From Candidatus Pacearchaeota archaeon (GTDB lineage Archaea; Nanobdellota; Nanobdellia; Pacearchaeales; GW2011-AR1): a stretch of 33,967 nt of DNA. Positions within the stretch are counted from its first letter, which is position 1. Each line of letters begins with the position of its first letter. Of this stretch, positions 9,096 through 18,310 are shown piece by piece. The notes beneath the pieces were generated by a model. That model was not told the origin of the DNA. It saw only the letters and a program-made list of their open reading frames with translations, and ran no database searches. Made by a program: the position numbers and the translations under genes. The stretch lies in assembly GCA_017609045.1 (NCBI GenBank), contig JAFCES010000001.1, forward strand, positions 1 through 33,967, in the 5' to 3' direction.

Positions 9096-9629
9096 TTAAG
9101 CTACTTTTAAAACTTTTCTAAATATGCTGCTGAAAATTATTGAAAAGATAAGATAAAACCATAACCAAGACAATAAGCCTAAAAACTTAAATCCCTCTAA
9201 AGAAGGCATAGAAAAATAATCATGGAACCATCTGAAAAGCAAGATAAGAGGAATAAAGCTGAAGACGAGGGGCCTCATGGTTATTTCCATCATTCTTGGC
9301 ATATCCTCCATCTGCTTTTTATTAAACTCAAGAAGTTTTTTGGGATCATCTTTGTATTTTTTCATTTCCTCTCTTGCTTCTTTCTGTTCCTGCTTCATCT
9401 GCCTTAAAGCTTCTTGGTCAGTCCCATACTTCTGAAACAAGGTCATTACAAGAGTTATAGCAACAACAAGCAAAATCATTCCTAAAGTTATGTTCCATTC
9501 AAGTAAGCTTCCAGCTGTTGGATCAAGAATCAAATGGACTGTCTCTCTAATAACGGGAAGAGCATTCCATAAACTAGCTATCAGTATACTAGCTGCCATT
9601 AACACAAACAATAAACTAAATCCTTTCAT
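9096..9629 (-). CDS. DUF106 / EMC3-TMCO1-like membrane protein (archaeal YidC/Oxa1-like insertase, Mj0480 family)
   Basis: TM helices flank a charged coiled segment, QMKQEQKEAREEMKKYKDDPKKLLEFNKKQMEDM. It sits just downstream of secY, the conserved position of the DUF106 gene in archaea. Confidence 0.7.
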   Translation of the reverse strand: MKGFSLLFVLMAASILIASLWNALPVIRETVHLILDPTAGSLLEWNITLGMILLVVAITLVMTLFQKYGTDQEALRQMKQEQKEAREEMKKYKDDPKKLLEFNKKQMEDMPRMMEITMRPLVFSFIPLILLFRWFHDYFSMPSLEGFKFLGLLSWLWFYLIFSIIFSSIFRKVLKVA

Positions 9630-9683
9630 TTTTCCTTTCTTACTTTTTCCTTTATTTTTATTTAGCTGTTTCCTCTTTTAAAT

Positions 9684-11072
9684 TTAACCCACCACTTTTT
9701 TCAGTACAGGATGCATATCTACTGCATGTTGTTGAACTATACTGTTATAAAGCTGATAGGTAATCATTACAGCTAGAAGTATAGCTGTCCCTGAAGTTAA
9801 AGCTCCAAGTAAATTAGCAGAAGCAGCAAGTAAGCCAATAGCAGCTCCTCCCATTACAGTGAGAGGCATAATATACCTTCCCAACACAGATTCCAAAACT
9901 CGTTCATCTTTTCTAAACCCTGGGATTTGTAAACCAGAAGACATAAGATTCTGAGCCTGACTTTGAGCATCCATTCCACTAGTTTTTACCCAAAAAACAG
10001 CAAAGATAGTAGAAAAAATAACATAAAATAAAATATGAGTTATAGCCTTAAAAATAAAAACTGTCCTAAGACTTCCTGTAATTACAGCCTCCAGAAGATT
10101 AACAGGGGAGATCCAAAAAGCAAGTCCAGCTACTGGTGTTCCCTGTGAGAAAGTTCCTAAAAAAGTCGCTCTTCCAATCCAATTTTCAACTAAACCAGCA
10201 AACAACTGCAAGTTAGCAGCAAGCGCAGCAGTTAAAATAACAGGAATCACAGAAGCATAGAAAAAAGCAAGAGGCCATCTCATACTATATCCTCTTAACC
10301 TATCAAAACTTAACGGGACTTCTACTTTCAAAGACTGAGCCCATACCACAACAAGAAAAATAAAAACAGTAACAGCAAGTACCGAGAAAGCAGAGAAAGC
10401 TCCTGTTGGATCTTGTTTTATAAGACTCTGCATTAAAACAAGCACTTTACCAGCGCAGGCAGTTCCGTAAAAATCAAGCAAGCAGTTTCCTCCCTCTAAA
10501 CTTATAAACTGAAACATTCCAGTAAATAAACGCCAGCCAACTCCGGCCAGAATAAATAAGCTTACACCAGAACCAAAACCCCACTTACTTGTTACTTCGT
10601 CCATGAAAACTATAGCTAACCCGCCCAAGCATAACTGGAAAACTACGAGAGGAGCAAAACCAGGCATTGCTTCAAGACCTCTCATTAAAACATAAACAAG
10701 AGCCTCGAATATAATAAAGGAAAAAACCATAAGCTTCTGTAAACCTTGAAAATACTTCTTTCCCTCCTCTGTTGAGGTATCTATATCTAAAATCTTACTT
10801 CCAACAAGAAGCTGAAGTATAATAGATGCCATAACGATTGGACCAATCCCTAAAGATATAATACTGCCAAACTCTGTTCCAAGTATAATAGCAAGATATT
10901 CAAATCTTGAAAGGGCATTGGCAGCTAAACCATATAAAGGAATATTAGCAAGAACAAAAAAAGCAACCAACACAATTAAAGTCCATTTTAGTTTAACATT
11001 AAAGCCAAGCCTTTTCTCTACAGGGCCTTTAACTTCAGGCAGGTTTCTAAGTATATTTCTGAACTCCACCAT
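9684..11072 (-). CDS. secY: Preprotein translocase subunit SecY
   Basis: 462-aa, 10-TM ORF with typical SecY segments (IPLYG, GIGPIVMASIILQLL). It immediately follows rpl15, as in all archaeal spc clusters. Confidence 0.95.
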   Translation of the reverse strand: MVEFRNILRNLPEVKGPVEKRLGFNVKLKWTLIVLVAFFVLANIPLYGLAANALSRFEYLAIILGTEFGSIISLGIGPIVMASIILQLLVGSKILDIDTSTEEGKKYFQGLQKLMVFSFIIFEALVYVLMRGLEAMPGFAPLVVFQLCLGGLAIVFMDEVTSKWGFGSGVSLFILAGVGWRLFTGMFQFISLEGGNCLLDFYGTACAGKVLVLMQSLIKQDPTGAFSAFSVLAVTVFIFLVVVWAQSLKVEVPLSFDRLRGYSMRWPLAFFYASVIPVILTAALAANLQLFAGLVENWIGRATFLGTFSQGTPVAGLAFWISPVNLLEAVITGSLRTVFIFKAITHILFYVIFSTIFAVFWVKTSGMDAQSQAQNLMSSGLQIPGFRKDERVLESVLGRYIMPLTVMGGAAIGLLAASANLLGALTSGTAILLAVMITYQLYNSIVQQHAVDMHPVLKKVVG

Positions 11073-11074
11073 TT

Positions 11075-11635
11075 TTATTCAGTTTTTTTCTTTTCCAATA
11101 ATTTTTTCTCTTTTTCTAGATCTTCTCTCATATCCTCTTTTTCTTCAACCTCTTTAATTTCTTCAGTTTTCTTTTCCTTAATATCTTTCTTTTTCTCGCT
11201 CTTCTTTTCTTCTTCTCCCCTTTTTCTAACTTTTAAAACTATAATCTTCCCGCCAGCTTTTTCTATCTTCTCTCTTGCTTGTTTTGAAAATCCTCTTGCC
11301 TTGATAATAAAGCAGTCTTTAATTTCACCCTCTCCCAAAACTTTATATTCAGATAGATCAATCTCTCCCGGTTTATATTTTTTTTGAATATCTCCTATAT
11401 TAATCTGCTTACTTCCCTTCTTTTTCCTTTGCTTTTTTTCCTTTATTCTTGCTTTTTTTCCAAAATAAGGCCACCTATACCTTAATACATAGGTTTTTTT
11501 CTGATCTGCTCTTTTTCCGCTTCCACTCATCCCTTTTCCACCACTCGTACCCTTTCCCTTATGTTTCTTAGCTGACTTTCCATGATATCTGCTTCCCCTC
11601 AACTTTCTGCTTCTCCTTCCTTTTTTTAGTTTCAT
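11075..11635 (-). CDS. rpl15: 50S ribosomal protein uL15 with a K/E-rich C-terminal extension
   Basis: N-terminus RKLRGSRYHGKSAKKHKGKGTSGGKGMSGSG. Position is between rpl30 and secY. The last 45 aa or so are low-complexity K/E. Confidence 0.9.
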   Translation of the reverse strand: MKLKKGRRSRKLRGSRYHGKSAKKHKGKGTSGGKGMSGSGKRADQKKTYVLRYRWPYFGKKARIKEKKQRKKKGSKQINIGDIQKKYKPGEIDLSEYKVLGEGEIKDCFIIKARGFSKQAREKIEKAGGKIIVLKVRKRGEEEKKSEKKKDIKEKKTEEIKEVEEKEDMREDLEKEKKLLEKKKTE

Positions 11636-11638
11636 TTT

Positions 11639-12067
11639 TTATAACATCCTCCTAATAAGCTCGTTTGTCTTTTCTTTATTATTTCCTAACACGCCTTTTG
11701 GATAATGTTTCTTGCTGTTAATGCCCCCTCTCGGAGGATGCAATCTGAAAAAAGGCTTAACTCCTAATTCACTCAGTTTTTTCTCTGTCTTTCCCTCTAT
11801 AAACTCTTTAACAATACCCTCGGCATCTACTTTTTTCTTATCTTTATCTAAAGGTTGCCCTCTCTTCTCTATCAACTCTACAAAGGTTTTCTTGTCGAGT
11901 TTACCGTAAGCCACATAGTTTCTGATTTTTTTTAAAATCCCTTTTAATTCAGGCTTTTCCCTCGCAACAACACAAGCATACTTTCTTCTGAGTCTAAGAC
12001 GGTTTAAAGTTTCCTCTACATCTTTAGGAACATCAACCATTCCACTTATCCTTATTATAGCTATCAT
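11639..12067 (-). CDS. rpl30: 50S ribosomal protein uL30
   Basis: MIAIIRISGMVDVPKDVEETLNRLRLRRKYACV is typical of archaeal L30. Operon position fits. Confidence 0.9.
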   Translation of the reverse strand: MIAIIRISGMVDVPKDVEETLNRLRLRRKYACVVAREKPELKGILKKIRNYVAYGKLDKKTFVELIEKRGQPLDKDKKKVDAEGIVKEFIEGKTEKKLSELGVKPFFRLHPPRGGINSKKHYPKGVLGNNKEKTNELIRRML

Positions 12068-12075
12068 TTTTCCTT

Positions 12076-12819
12076 TTATCTTTCAATTTTGTTGGTCTTT
12101 TTCAGGGCATCTATGCAAGCTTTGGCTAAATTTATTGTAGTTCTTGTCTGGCCAAAAGTCTTACTGTAGACATCTTTTATTCCAGTTAATCTTAGAATCT
12201 TTTTACATTCATCTCCTATTACTAAGCCAGTACCTTGAGGAGCAGGCATTAATATTATTCTTGAACTTCCAGATTTTCCTTCTACCTTAAGAGGTACAGA
12301 ATGGAGCTCATTACAGGAACAATCAAAGCTTCCGCATCCTCTGTTCACCTTTATAATGTTGAGTTTAGCTTTCCTTAACGCCTTTTCTTTTGCAGGTAAA
12401 GTCTCTTTTGCTTTTCCTAAACCTATACCAACATGTCCAGCTTCATCACCAACAACAGCCATGCAAGCAAAAGTAGGAACATTACCTTCAGCTGTCTTTT
12501 TTTGAGTCTGTCTCCATATTCTCCTTTTTCCCCCGCCAAACTTCCCTTTGCTCTGACCTATATTTAAAAGTTCTGACTTCAGCTTGACAAGCGAATCAAT
12601 TATTTCAGCCTCTAAAATTCTATGTTTATCTATAATCTCATCTATATTTTTAATCTTGCCTTCTTTGACTAGCTTTCCGATTTTAGTTTTTGGCTTCCAT
12701 GATTTCAGCTTCTCCTTTGCTTCCTCTTCTTCCCTACTTACCTCAACCTTCGGCTTTTCCTCTTCTACTGGTTCTTTTATGTCCTGTTCTGGTTCTTTTT
12801 CTTCAGCTTTTTTTGCCAT
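12076..12819 (-). CDS. rps5: 30S ribosomal protein uS5 with a K/E-rich N-terminal extension
   Basis: S5 core FACMAVVGDEAGHVGIGLGKAKE...APQGTGLV. Operon position fits. Confidence 0.9.
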   Translation of the reverse strand: MAKKAEEKEPEQDIKEPVEEEKPKVEVSREEEEAKEKLKSWKPKTKIGKLVKEGKIKNIDEIIDKHRILEAEIIDSLVKLKSELLNIGQSKGKFGGGKRRIWRQTQKKTAEGNVPTFACMAVVGDEAGHVGIGLGKAKETLPAKEKALRKAKLNIIKVNRGCGSFDCSCNELHSVPLKVEGKSGSSRIILMPAPQGTGLVIGDECKKILRLTGIKDVYSKTFGQTRTTINLAKACIDALKKTNKIER

Positions 12820-12820
12820 T

Positions 12821-13321
12821 TCATATAAATTTTTTCTCTATGTTCTCTTTAATTTTATTGAAAATTTCTCTTAAATTTTTCTTTAAATGTTCTCCTTTCA
12901 ATCTTTCTTCATCAGGAAATATTTCTTTCTTTCCCCCTATTTTTACTTCTGCATCAATAACTCCTTTCAAAAAAGCATATTCTCTTGATTTCTTGATACC
13001 TCTCAACAAACCAATATCAAATATAGCCTCGACTTTTTCTTCTTTGTCTAAAATTTTTTTCCCCAATAAAAAGCCAGTAAGATAACAGGCAGACAAACTC
13101 TTTAAACTTCCCTTTAAATTTTCAGGCCACCCATATTTTAAAAGCTCTTTGGAATTTAATCCAATAATTACTTTATCTCTCCCCTCTGTACTTTTTACAT
13201 ACTGTCCTATAACATATCTATTTGTTTTCCTAAATACAACTCTTGCTTTCCCACTCCTAAGTAAGGCTATTCTCGCCTTATAATCTGTTTTTCCTTCTCT
13301 TCTTCTCTTTCTTGGTCTCAT
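12821..13321 (-). CDS. rpl18: 50S ribosomal protein uL18
   Basis: N-terminus RKRRREGKTDYKARIALL. Operon position fits. Its start overlaps the rpl19e stop. Confidence 0.9.
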   Translation of the reverse strand: MRPRKRRREGKTDYKARIALLRSGKARVVFRKTNRYVIGQYVKSTEGRDKVIIGLNSKELLKYGWPENLKGSLKSLSACYLTGFLLGKKILDKEEKVEAIFDIGLLRGIKKSREYAFLKGVIDAEVKIGGKKEIFPDEERLKGEHLKKNLREIFNKIKENIEKKFI

Positions 13322-13716
13322 TTTTCAATAGCCTCCCTTAAATGCGCAAGGTCTGAAAAATCTCTGGCCCTTGTTCTTTTTCTCAGTTTCAAATATTTTT
13401 CTGTTGTTATTTTTCCTTTCACTTTCAAATTTTTAAGATAAACTCTCAACTTTCTCGTCAACTTCACATAGTCCTGCTTTCTTCTTTTTACTTTTTTCTT
13501 TATACTTCCCTGTCCTCTTTTTGTCTTCCTTCTTTTTTTCTTTCTTTTTCCCTTTTTCTCCCTGATTCTAATTATTTTCTCCTTCTTAAGCTCTTTAATA
13601 TCTTGTCTCGTAATTGCTTCTTTAATTTCATCTTGCATATCTCTATCTAAAATAATTCTACCGACTCCTACTTTCAATACCCTCGCAATTAATTTTTTCT
13701 TTCTTTTTAAGTTCAT
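13318..13716 (-). CDS. rpl19e: 50S ribosomal protein eL19
   Basis: MNLKRKKKLIARVLKVGVGRIILD is typical of L19e. Operon position fits. Confidence 0.9.
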   Translation of the reverse strand: MNLKRKKKLIARVLKVGVGRIILDRDMQDEIKEAITRQDIKELKKEKIIRIREKKGKRKKKRRKTKRGQGSIKKKVKRRKQDYVKLTRKLRVYLKNLKVKGKITTEKYLKLRKRTRARDFSDLAHLREAIEK

Positions 13717-14054
13717 TTTTTCTTTCTTTGTTTAGGTTTGTTTAATATTTTTCCTCCCCTTTCCTCAATTTTTTTAATCAACTCTTCCTTCTTCTTCTTT
13801 CCAACTCTTCCTATAATGATCAACATTCCTTTCTCAACTCTCTCCGCCTGCTCCAAATTTTCCACTCTCCACTCTTTTTTATCTCTTTCCTTTCTTTTTT
13901 TATAACCAATCTCTACACTCTTTGCCCTTCCCTTCTTTCTTTCTCTCATCTTATTATCTCTTCCCTTAGGTTTTCTCCATTTTTGCTTCTTCTTTCTGCT
14001 TCTTCCTAATTTAATATACCTTCTTGTTCCCCTTCTCAAAAATTTTAATCTCAT
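13713..14054 (-). CDS. rpl32e: 50S ribosomal protein eL32
   Basis: Pattern KWRKPKGRDNKMR. Operon position is between rpl6 and rpl19e. Confidence 0.85.
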   Translation of the reverse strand: MRLKFLRRGTRRYIKLGRSRKKKQKWRKPKGRDNKMRERKKGRAKSVEIGYKKRKERDKKEWRVENLEQAERVEKGMLIIIGRVGKKKKEELIKKIEERGGKILNKPKQRKKK

Positions 14055-14599
14055 TTTACTCTTCTCCTCCGCCCTTTTTCCTTTTCTATTATGTAGATTC
14101 CATCTTGGAAAATTCTTCTATCTCTCTTTTTTATCTTAGTTGCTCTTTCAATATTAGCGGCAGTCTGTCCTGCTTTTTCCTTGTCAGAACTCTTAACTAT
14201 TATAATATCTCCTTCTATTTTCACATCAACTCCAGGTAAAATCTTAGCTTTTCTTTCCTTTGTCTCTCCTAAAAAGTTCTTAATCACAAGAGATTTTTCA
14301 GAAACACTTACAGACATAGGAAAATGCACCGAACATATTTGAAGTTTATATACATATTTCTCCTCAAGCCCAGAAATCATGTTTCTTATATGAGCGGCAA
14401 TTGTCCTTGCCATCTTCCTATCTTTTTTGCTTCCTTTTTCTATCCCTATAATTAACTTATTATCTTCTTTTCTCACTGCATAATCTAATTTCCTTTTTAC
14501 TTCATCATCCCCCTTACTCATCTTCACGATGTTCCCTTCTATTTCTATTTTAATATCCTGAGGCATTTCAATTATTTCCCTAATTTTTTGTTTTACCAT
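14051..14599 (-). CDS. rpl6: 50S ribosomal protein uL6
   Basis: Two-domain L6 pattern (IEGNIVKMSKG..., VKIEGDIIIVKSSDKEKAGQTAANIE). Operon position fits. Confidence 0.9.
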   Translation of the reverse strand: MVKQKIREIIEMPQDIKIEIEGNIVKMSKGDDEVKRKLDYAVRKEDNKLIIGIEKGSKKDRKMARTIAAHIRNMISGLEEKYVYKLQICSVHFPMSVSVSEKSLVIKNFLGETKERKAKILPGVDVKIEGDIIIVKSSDKEKAGQTAANIERATKIKKRDRRIFQDGIYIIEKEKGRRRRVK

Positions 14600-14604
14600 T
14601 TTCC

Positions 14605-14982
14605 CTAATAAAAATAGGCTATCAAACTTCCCCCTATGTTTTTTTCATACGCTTCTTCCTGAGCGAGTAGGCCAGCAGAAGTAGAAATAATTACAATACC
14701 GAATTCTCTAGCTGGTAGAAATCTTCTTACATATTTCTCTAACTCAGAAACAGATACATTAAATCTTGGCTTTATTGCCTGACACCGATTCAATTTGATA
14801 ATTTTAATCCTCAGCTTCTTGTTTTTCTCATCCAGTTTGTAATCAAGATAACCATGCTTCTTAGCTACATCTAAAACTTCAATTAAAAATTTTGAATATC
14901 TTTCTATTTCCAACTCAGACTTTCCAGCTCTCTTTATATTCATTATCTGGTTTATCGCATCAGCAACTATATCTTGACTCAT
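14605..14982 (-). CDS. rps8: 30S ribosomal protein uS8
   Basis: DIVADAINQIMNIKRAGK ... GGSLIAYFY is typical of S8. Operon position fits. Confidence 0.9.
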   Translation of the reverse strand: MSQDIVADAINQIMNIKRAGKSELEIERYSKFLIEVLDVAKKHGYLDYKLDEKNKKLRIKIIKLNRCQAIKPRFNVSVSELEKYVRRFLPAREFGIVIISTSAGLLAQEEAYEKNIGGSLIAYFY

Positions 14983-14989
14983 TTTAACC

Positions 14990-15220
14990 TCATGAATATT
15001 TTTTAAATCCTATTTTTTCAGCTATCTCTCTGAAACAATGTCTACATAAATTCAAACCATAAGAGGAAATATGAGCTCCAAATCTTCCGCATCTCTCACA
15101 CTTCTTGCTCACTACACCTATCTTCCTCTCTTTCGGTTTGTTATGTTTTAAAAATTTTTTTAGTTTGGCCGGCTTATTTTTCAACTGTTTCAATACTTTT
15201 CTCCAATCACTTACTGTCAT
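14990..15220 (-). CDS. rps14: 30S ribosomal protein uS14 (zinc-binding type) with a basic N-terminal extension
   Basis: Zinc-binding CERCGR...CRHCFRE (CxxC...CxxC). Operon position is between rpl5 and rps8. Confidence 0.85.
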   Translation of the reverse strand: MTVSDWRKVLKQLKNKPAKLKKFLKHNKPKERKIGVVSKKCERCGRFGAHISSYGLNLCRHCFREIAEKIGFKKYS

Positions 15221-15222
15221 AT

Positions 15223-15774
15223 TTAAATTACCTCCATATCAAATTTATCTTTCATGTAGTGAATTATTTCCTCTTTACTTACCTTTTGCTTTCTTGGTAA
15301 ATTGCCCCTTTTTATTTTTTTCTCTGCAACTCTTTTCCCTGCTCTTGAAAAAATAACACTTACATCAAATCCTCTAATCCCAATATCTCTTTGATACTGA
15401 ATACCGGGAATTTCTATATATTCTTTAATCCCAAAAGAAAATGAGTTATCTGAAATCTGTTTTTCTTTAAGTCTATTATCTACAGTTGCAAGCAGCTTGC
15501 CTAAAATTTCCTCTGCCTCTTTCCCTCTTAAAGTGACCAGGCAGCCAATTTCTAGGCCAGGTCTTACCCCTAAAGAAGGAATTCTTTTTCTCGACTTTCT
15601 TCTTACAGTCTTTCTTCCAGTTAGTCTCTCTAATAATTTTACACCCTTTTCTAATTCTTCTCCGCTTCCTCCAATACTTAAGACAACTTTTTCTATTCTT
15701 ATCTCTCTCATTTTATTTTCTTTCATTTTTCTTTCATCTCCAATCTCCTTTATCTCTTCTGTTTCTTGACTCAT
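15223..15774 (-). CDS. rpl5: 50S ribosomal protein uL5
   Basis: [34 protein letters not shown] plus [11 protein letters not shown]. Operon position fits. Confidence 0.9.
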   Translation of the reverse strand: MSQETEEIKEIGDERKMKENKMREIRIEKVVLSIGGSGEELEKGVKLLERLTGRKTVRRKSRKRIPSLGVRPGLEIGCLVTLRGKEAEEILGKLLATVDNRLKEKQISDNSFSFGIKEYIEIPGIQYQRDIGIRGFDVSVIFSRAGKRVAEKKIKRGNLPRKQKVSKEEIIHYMKDKFDMEVI

Positions 15775-16412
15775 TTTATAACCATTAAGCTTCTCAGTCT
15801 GGAATTTAATTTTTCTTCCCCTACTTTTAAAGTTATGATTTTGCTTTTTTCATCTATCTCTTCTATAATTCCCTCCTCTCCAATATGTTTTCCAGCTATA
15901 AACAAAATTCTACATTTTTCTTTGAAAGGTAAAATTTCCATAATTTTATTCTGTTTCAAGTCAATCACAACAGAGTCTCCAACCTTTACTTTCTCTTTCC
16001 CTATAAGGTAATTTCTGCCATCAGCCAAATTTATTTGTATTTTTCCTCTCTTCAAGATTTTCTTACCTACTATCTTACTTATTTTTTTATTAGCGTCTTC
16101 CTCTTTAATTTCAACAATATCAAACTTTTTATTTTTCAAAACTAACTTAAAATTTTTATTGTCTAAAGATAGATTATCAAACAAAATTAGAGGATATTTT
16201 TCCTCTCTTACAGTCTTGCCATTAACCTTTATCTTTCCAAAATTCAAAATTTTTTTAACTTCTTTTTTATTCTTGGCTATTTTTATTATATCTTTTAGGA
16301 CTATTAATAATGGAATTGCCTTCTTTAAACTATGAGAAGGCCTAACTAAGTATTTTGTTCCTTTCTTGGCAAGAGGCCATGTTTTTGGTTTTTTACTTCT
16401 TTTAAGATGCAT
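15771..16412 (-). CDS. rps4e: 30S ribosomal protein eS4
   Basis: MHLKRSKKPKTWPLAKKGTKYLVRPSHS is typical of S4e. Operon position fits. Confidence 0.9.
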   Translation of the reverse strand: MHLKRSKKPKTWPLAKKGTKYLVRPSHSLKKAIPLLIVLKDIIKIAKNKKEVKKILNFGKIKVNGKTVREEKYPLILFDNLSLDNKNFKLVLKNKKFDIVEIKEEDANKKISKIVGKKILKRGKIQINLADGRNYLIGKEKVKVGDSVVIDLKQNKIMEILPFKEKCRILFIAGKHIGEEGIIEEIDEKSKIITLKVGEEKLNSRLRSLMVIK

Positions 16413-16839
16413 TTTTCTTTACCTTCTTTTCCTTCTCTTCTTCTTTCTTTTTAAGTTCATTTTTTCTTTTCAGAACCTTCTCCCTTTCTTTATCTTCTAA
16501 ATTCAACTCCTGAATCTGTAGATTTGAGGGTTTGAAATAAACATTAACCTTTGTTCCGTCTTTTTTCTGTATCTGCAGATTTTCTATACTCACCCGCAGC
16601 TTTTTTAGATCTACCGCGCTTATTTTTCCCGTCTTTTTCCTGAATTTACCTCTCATTACTTTAACTACATCACCTTTCCTCAAAGGAAAACTTCTTCTTC
16701 CATACTTCTTCCTTAGCTCTTTACTCAAAGTAGATGAGAGGAGTTTATGCCTTAAATGTAAGGGAGCATTAGCTCTATACTTCCTTTGTTTTCTTCTCTG
16801 CTTACTTGCTTTCCATTTCTTGCTAAATTTTTTCTTCAT
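16402..16839 (-). CDS. rpl24: 50S ribosomal protein uL24 with a K/E-rich C-terminal tail
   Basis: KOW motif LRKGDVVKVMRGKFRKKTGKI. Operon position fits. Confidence 0.9.
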   Translation of the reverse strand: MKKKFSKKWKASKQRRKQRKYRANAPLHLRHKLLSSTLSKELRKKYGRRSFPLRKGDVVKVMRGKFRKKTGKISAVDLKKLRVSIENLQIQKKDGTKVNVYFKPSNLQIQELNLEDKEREKVLKRKNELKKKEEEKEKKVKKNAS

Positions 16840-16846
16840 TTCAACA

Positions 16847-17248
16847 TTAAACTACAATATTGGCTATTCTAGCAACTTCCCTCCATCTTTCTCCTACTTC
16901 TCGAGCAATAGGACCTTTAATTTGTGTGCCTTTTGGATTTCCTTTTTCATCTTTCAGCAGAACAACAGCGTTATCTGTAAAAGCTATCCTCTCTCCTGTT
17001 AATCTTCTATATGGTTTTTTAACTCTAACAACAACAGCGTCAAAAACCTGCCCTTTCATATCCGGCTTTCCTGATCTGACTGAAACTTTAACCCAGTCAG
17101 CTATCTTAGCAGAGACCTGTCTTCTTTTCCTGCTTCCAGCTTTTTTAACGGCTACAATTTTTACTATCCTTGCTCCAGAATTATCTGCTGCTATCACCTT
17201 ACTTCCTATGTTAAGAGCTCTAGTTGTTCTTGCCGATATTGCTTTCAT
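16847..17248 (-). CDS. rpl14: 50S ribosomal protein uL14
   Basis: IAADNSGARIVKIVAV ... GPIAREV is typical of L14. Confidence 0.95.
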   Translation of the reverse strand: MKAISARTTRALNIGSKVIAADNSGARIVKIVAVKKAGSRKRRQVSAKIADWVKVSVRSGKPDMKGQVFDAVVVRVKKPYRRLTGERIAFTDNAVVLLKDEKGNPKGTQIKGPIAREVGERWREVARIANIVV

Positions 17249-17625
17249 TTTAAATCCTGATAAATTAATTTATTTGAAGGAATTTTATTTTGTTTAAGAG
17301 CTTCAATTGGAAACCATCCAACACCAGCTATATTGTCTTCTTCTGGTATTTGTGGGGTTCCTCTTATTATTCTCGCTTTATAAACATGAAGTCTAAACTT
17401 CCTTTCTTTAAACTCAAAATTATAAGTATTAAAACCTCCTTCAATTTCTACATCTACTCCTGTCTCTTCTCTAGTTTCTCTTACTGCAGTTTCCTCTAAG
17501 CTCTCACCCACTTCAACTTTCCCAGAAGGTATTTTCCAATACCAATCTTTTGCTTCTCTAACTAACAAAACTTTTCTGTTTTCAACTATCAAACATCCAG
17601 CTAATTGTTCTAATTTCTTTTTCAT
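17245..17625 (-). CDS. Nudix hydrolase embedded in the ribosomal protein operon
   Basis: Complete Nudix box GKVEVGESLEETAVRETREETGV (Gx5Ex7REUxEExGU). Its ATG overlaps the rps17 TGA (17622-17625). Its TGA overlaps the rpl14 ATG (17245-17248). Confidence 0.9.
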   Translation of the reverse strand: MKKKLEQLAGCLIVENRKVLLVREAKDWYWKIPSGKVEVGESLEETAVRETREETGVDVEIEGGFNTYNFEFKERKFRLHVYKARIIRGTPQIPEEDNIAGVGWFPIEALKQNKIPSNKLIYQDLK

Positions 17626-17990
17626 CTTCCTCCCGCCTCCTTAACTTTCCTTAATAAAACATGGTGGATTAATTTGCTTAAAGGTCTACACTCTCCTATT
17701 AAGACATAATCTCCCACCTTAACTTTCTCCTTCATACAAGCAGGAAGTCTTGCATGTAGTCTTGTTTTTTTCTTGGCATATCTCTCATATTTTCTAATTC
17801 TAATTATTCTTTCAAACTCTATCACTATTCTCCTCGGAAATTTCCTGATTATGTAACCTTTAAAAGTTCTCCCTCTCACTTCCAATCTGCCGTGAATAGG
17901 GCAGGTAACATCATCACAACTATCCCCATCTTTACTTCTCTCTGTTTTCGTTTTTACAACTTTCTCTTCGTTTTTCTTTTCTTTTACCAT
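17622..17990 (-). CDS. rps17: 30S ribosomal protein uS17
   Basis: CDDVTCPIHGRLEVRGRTFKG ... GDYVLIGECRPLSK is typical of archaeal S17. Confidence 0.9.
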   Translation of the reverse strand: MVKEKKNEEKVVKTKTERSKDGDSCDDVTCPIHGRLEVRGRTFKGYIIRKFPRRIVIEFERIIRIRKYERYAKKKTRLHARLPACMKEKVKVGDYVLIGECRPLSKLIHHVLLRKVKEAGGR

Positions 17991-18008
17991 TTTATTTTTC
18001 TTCCAAAC

Positions 18009-18308
18009 TTATTCAGATATTTGTTCTTCTTTAAATCCAAGCTTTACTAATACTTCCTTTATTCTTTTTCTATGATCCCCTTGCAATTCTATGCTATTCT
18101 TTTTTACAGTCCCCCCGCAAGCCAACTCATTTTTTAGCTTTTTGGCTGTTTCCCTCAGGTTAACTTCTTTCCCTAAACCTAAAATCACTGTTATCATCTT
18201 TCCAAATCTTCTCTTCTCTACTTTTATACTTATTCTCTGTTCACTTTTTGCGATTTCTTCACAAATACATGCCTGTTTTGGAAGGCCACATTTTGGACAT
18301 ATATCCAT
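18009..18308 (-). CDS. sui1: Translation initiation factor aIF1 (SUI1)
   Basis: N-terminal Cys knuckle [13 protein letters not shown] plus the SUI1 core [20 protein letters not shown]...[12 protein letters not shown]. Confidence 0.9.
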   Translation of the reverse strand: MDICPKCGLPKQACICEEIAKSEQRISIKVEKRRFGKMITVILGLGKEVNLRETAKKLKNELACGGTVKKNSIELQGDHRKRIKEVLVKLGFKEEQISE

Positions 18309-18310
18309 TT

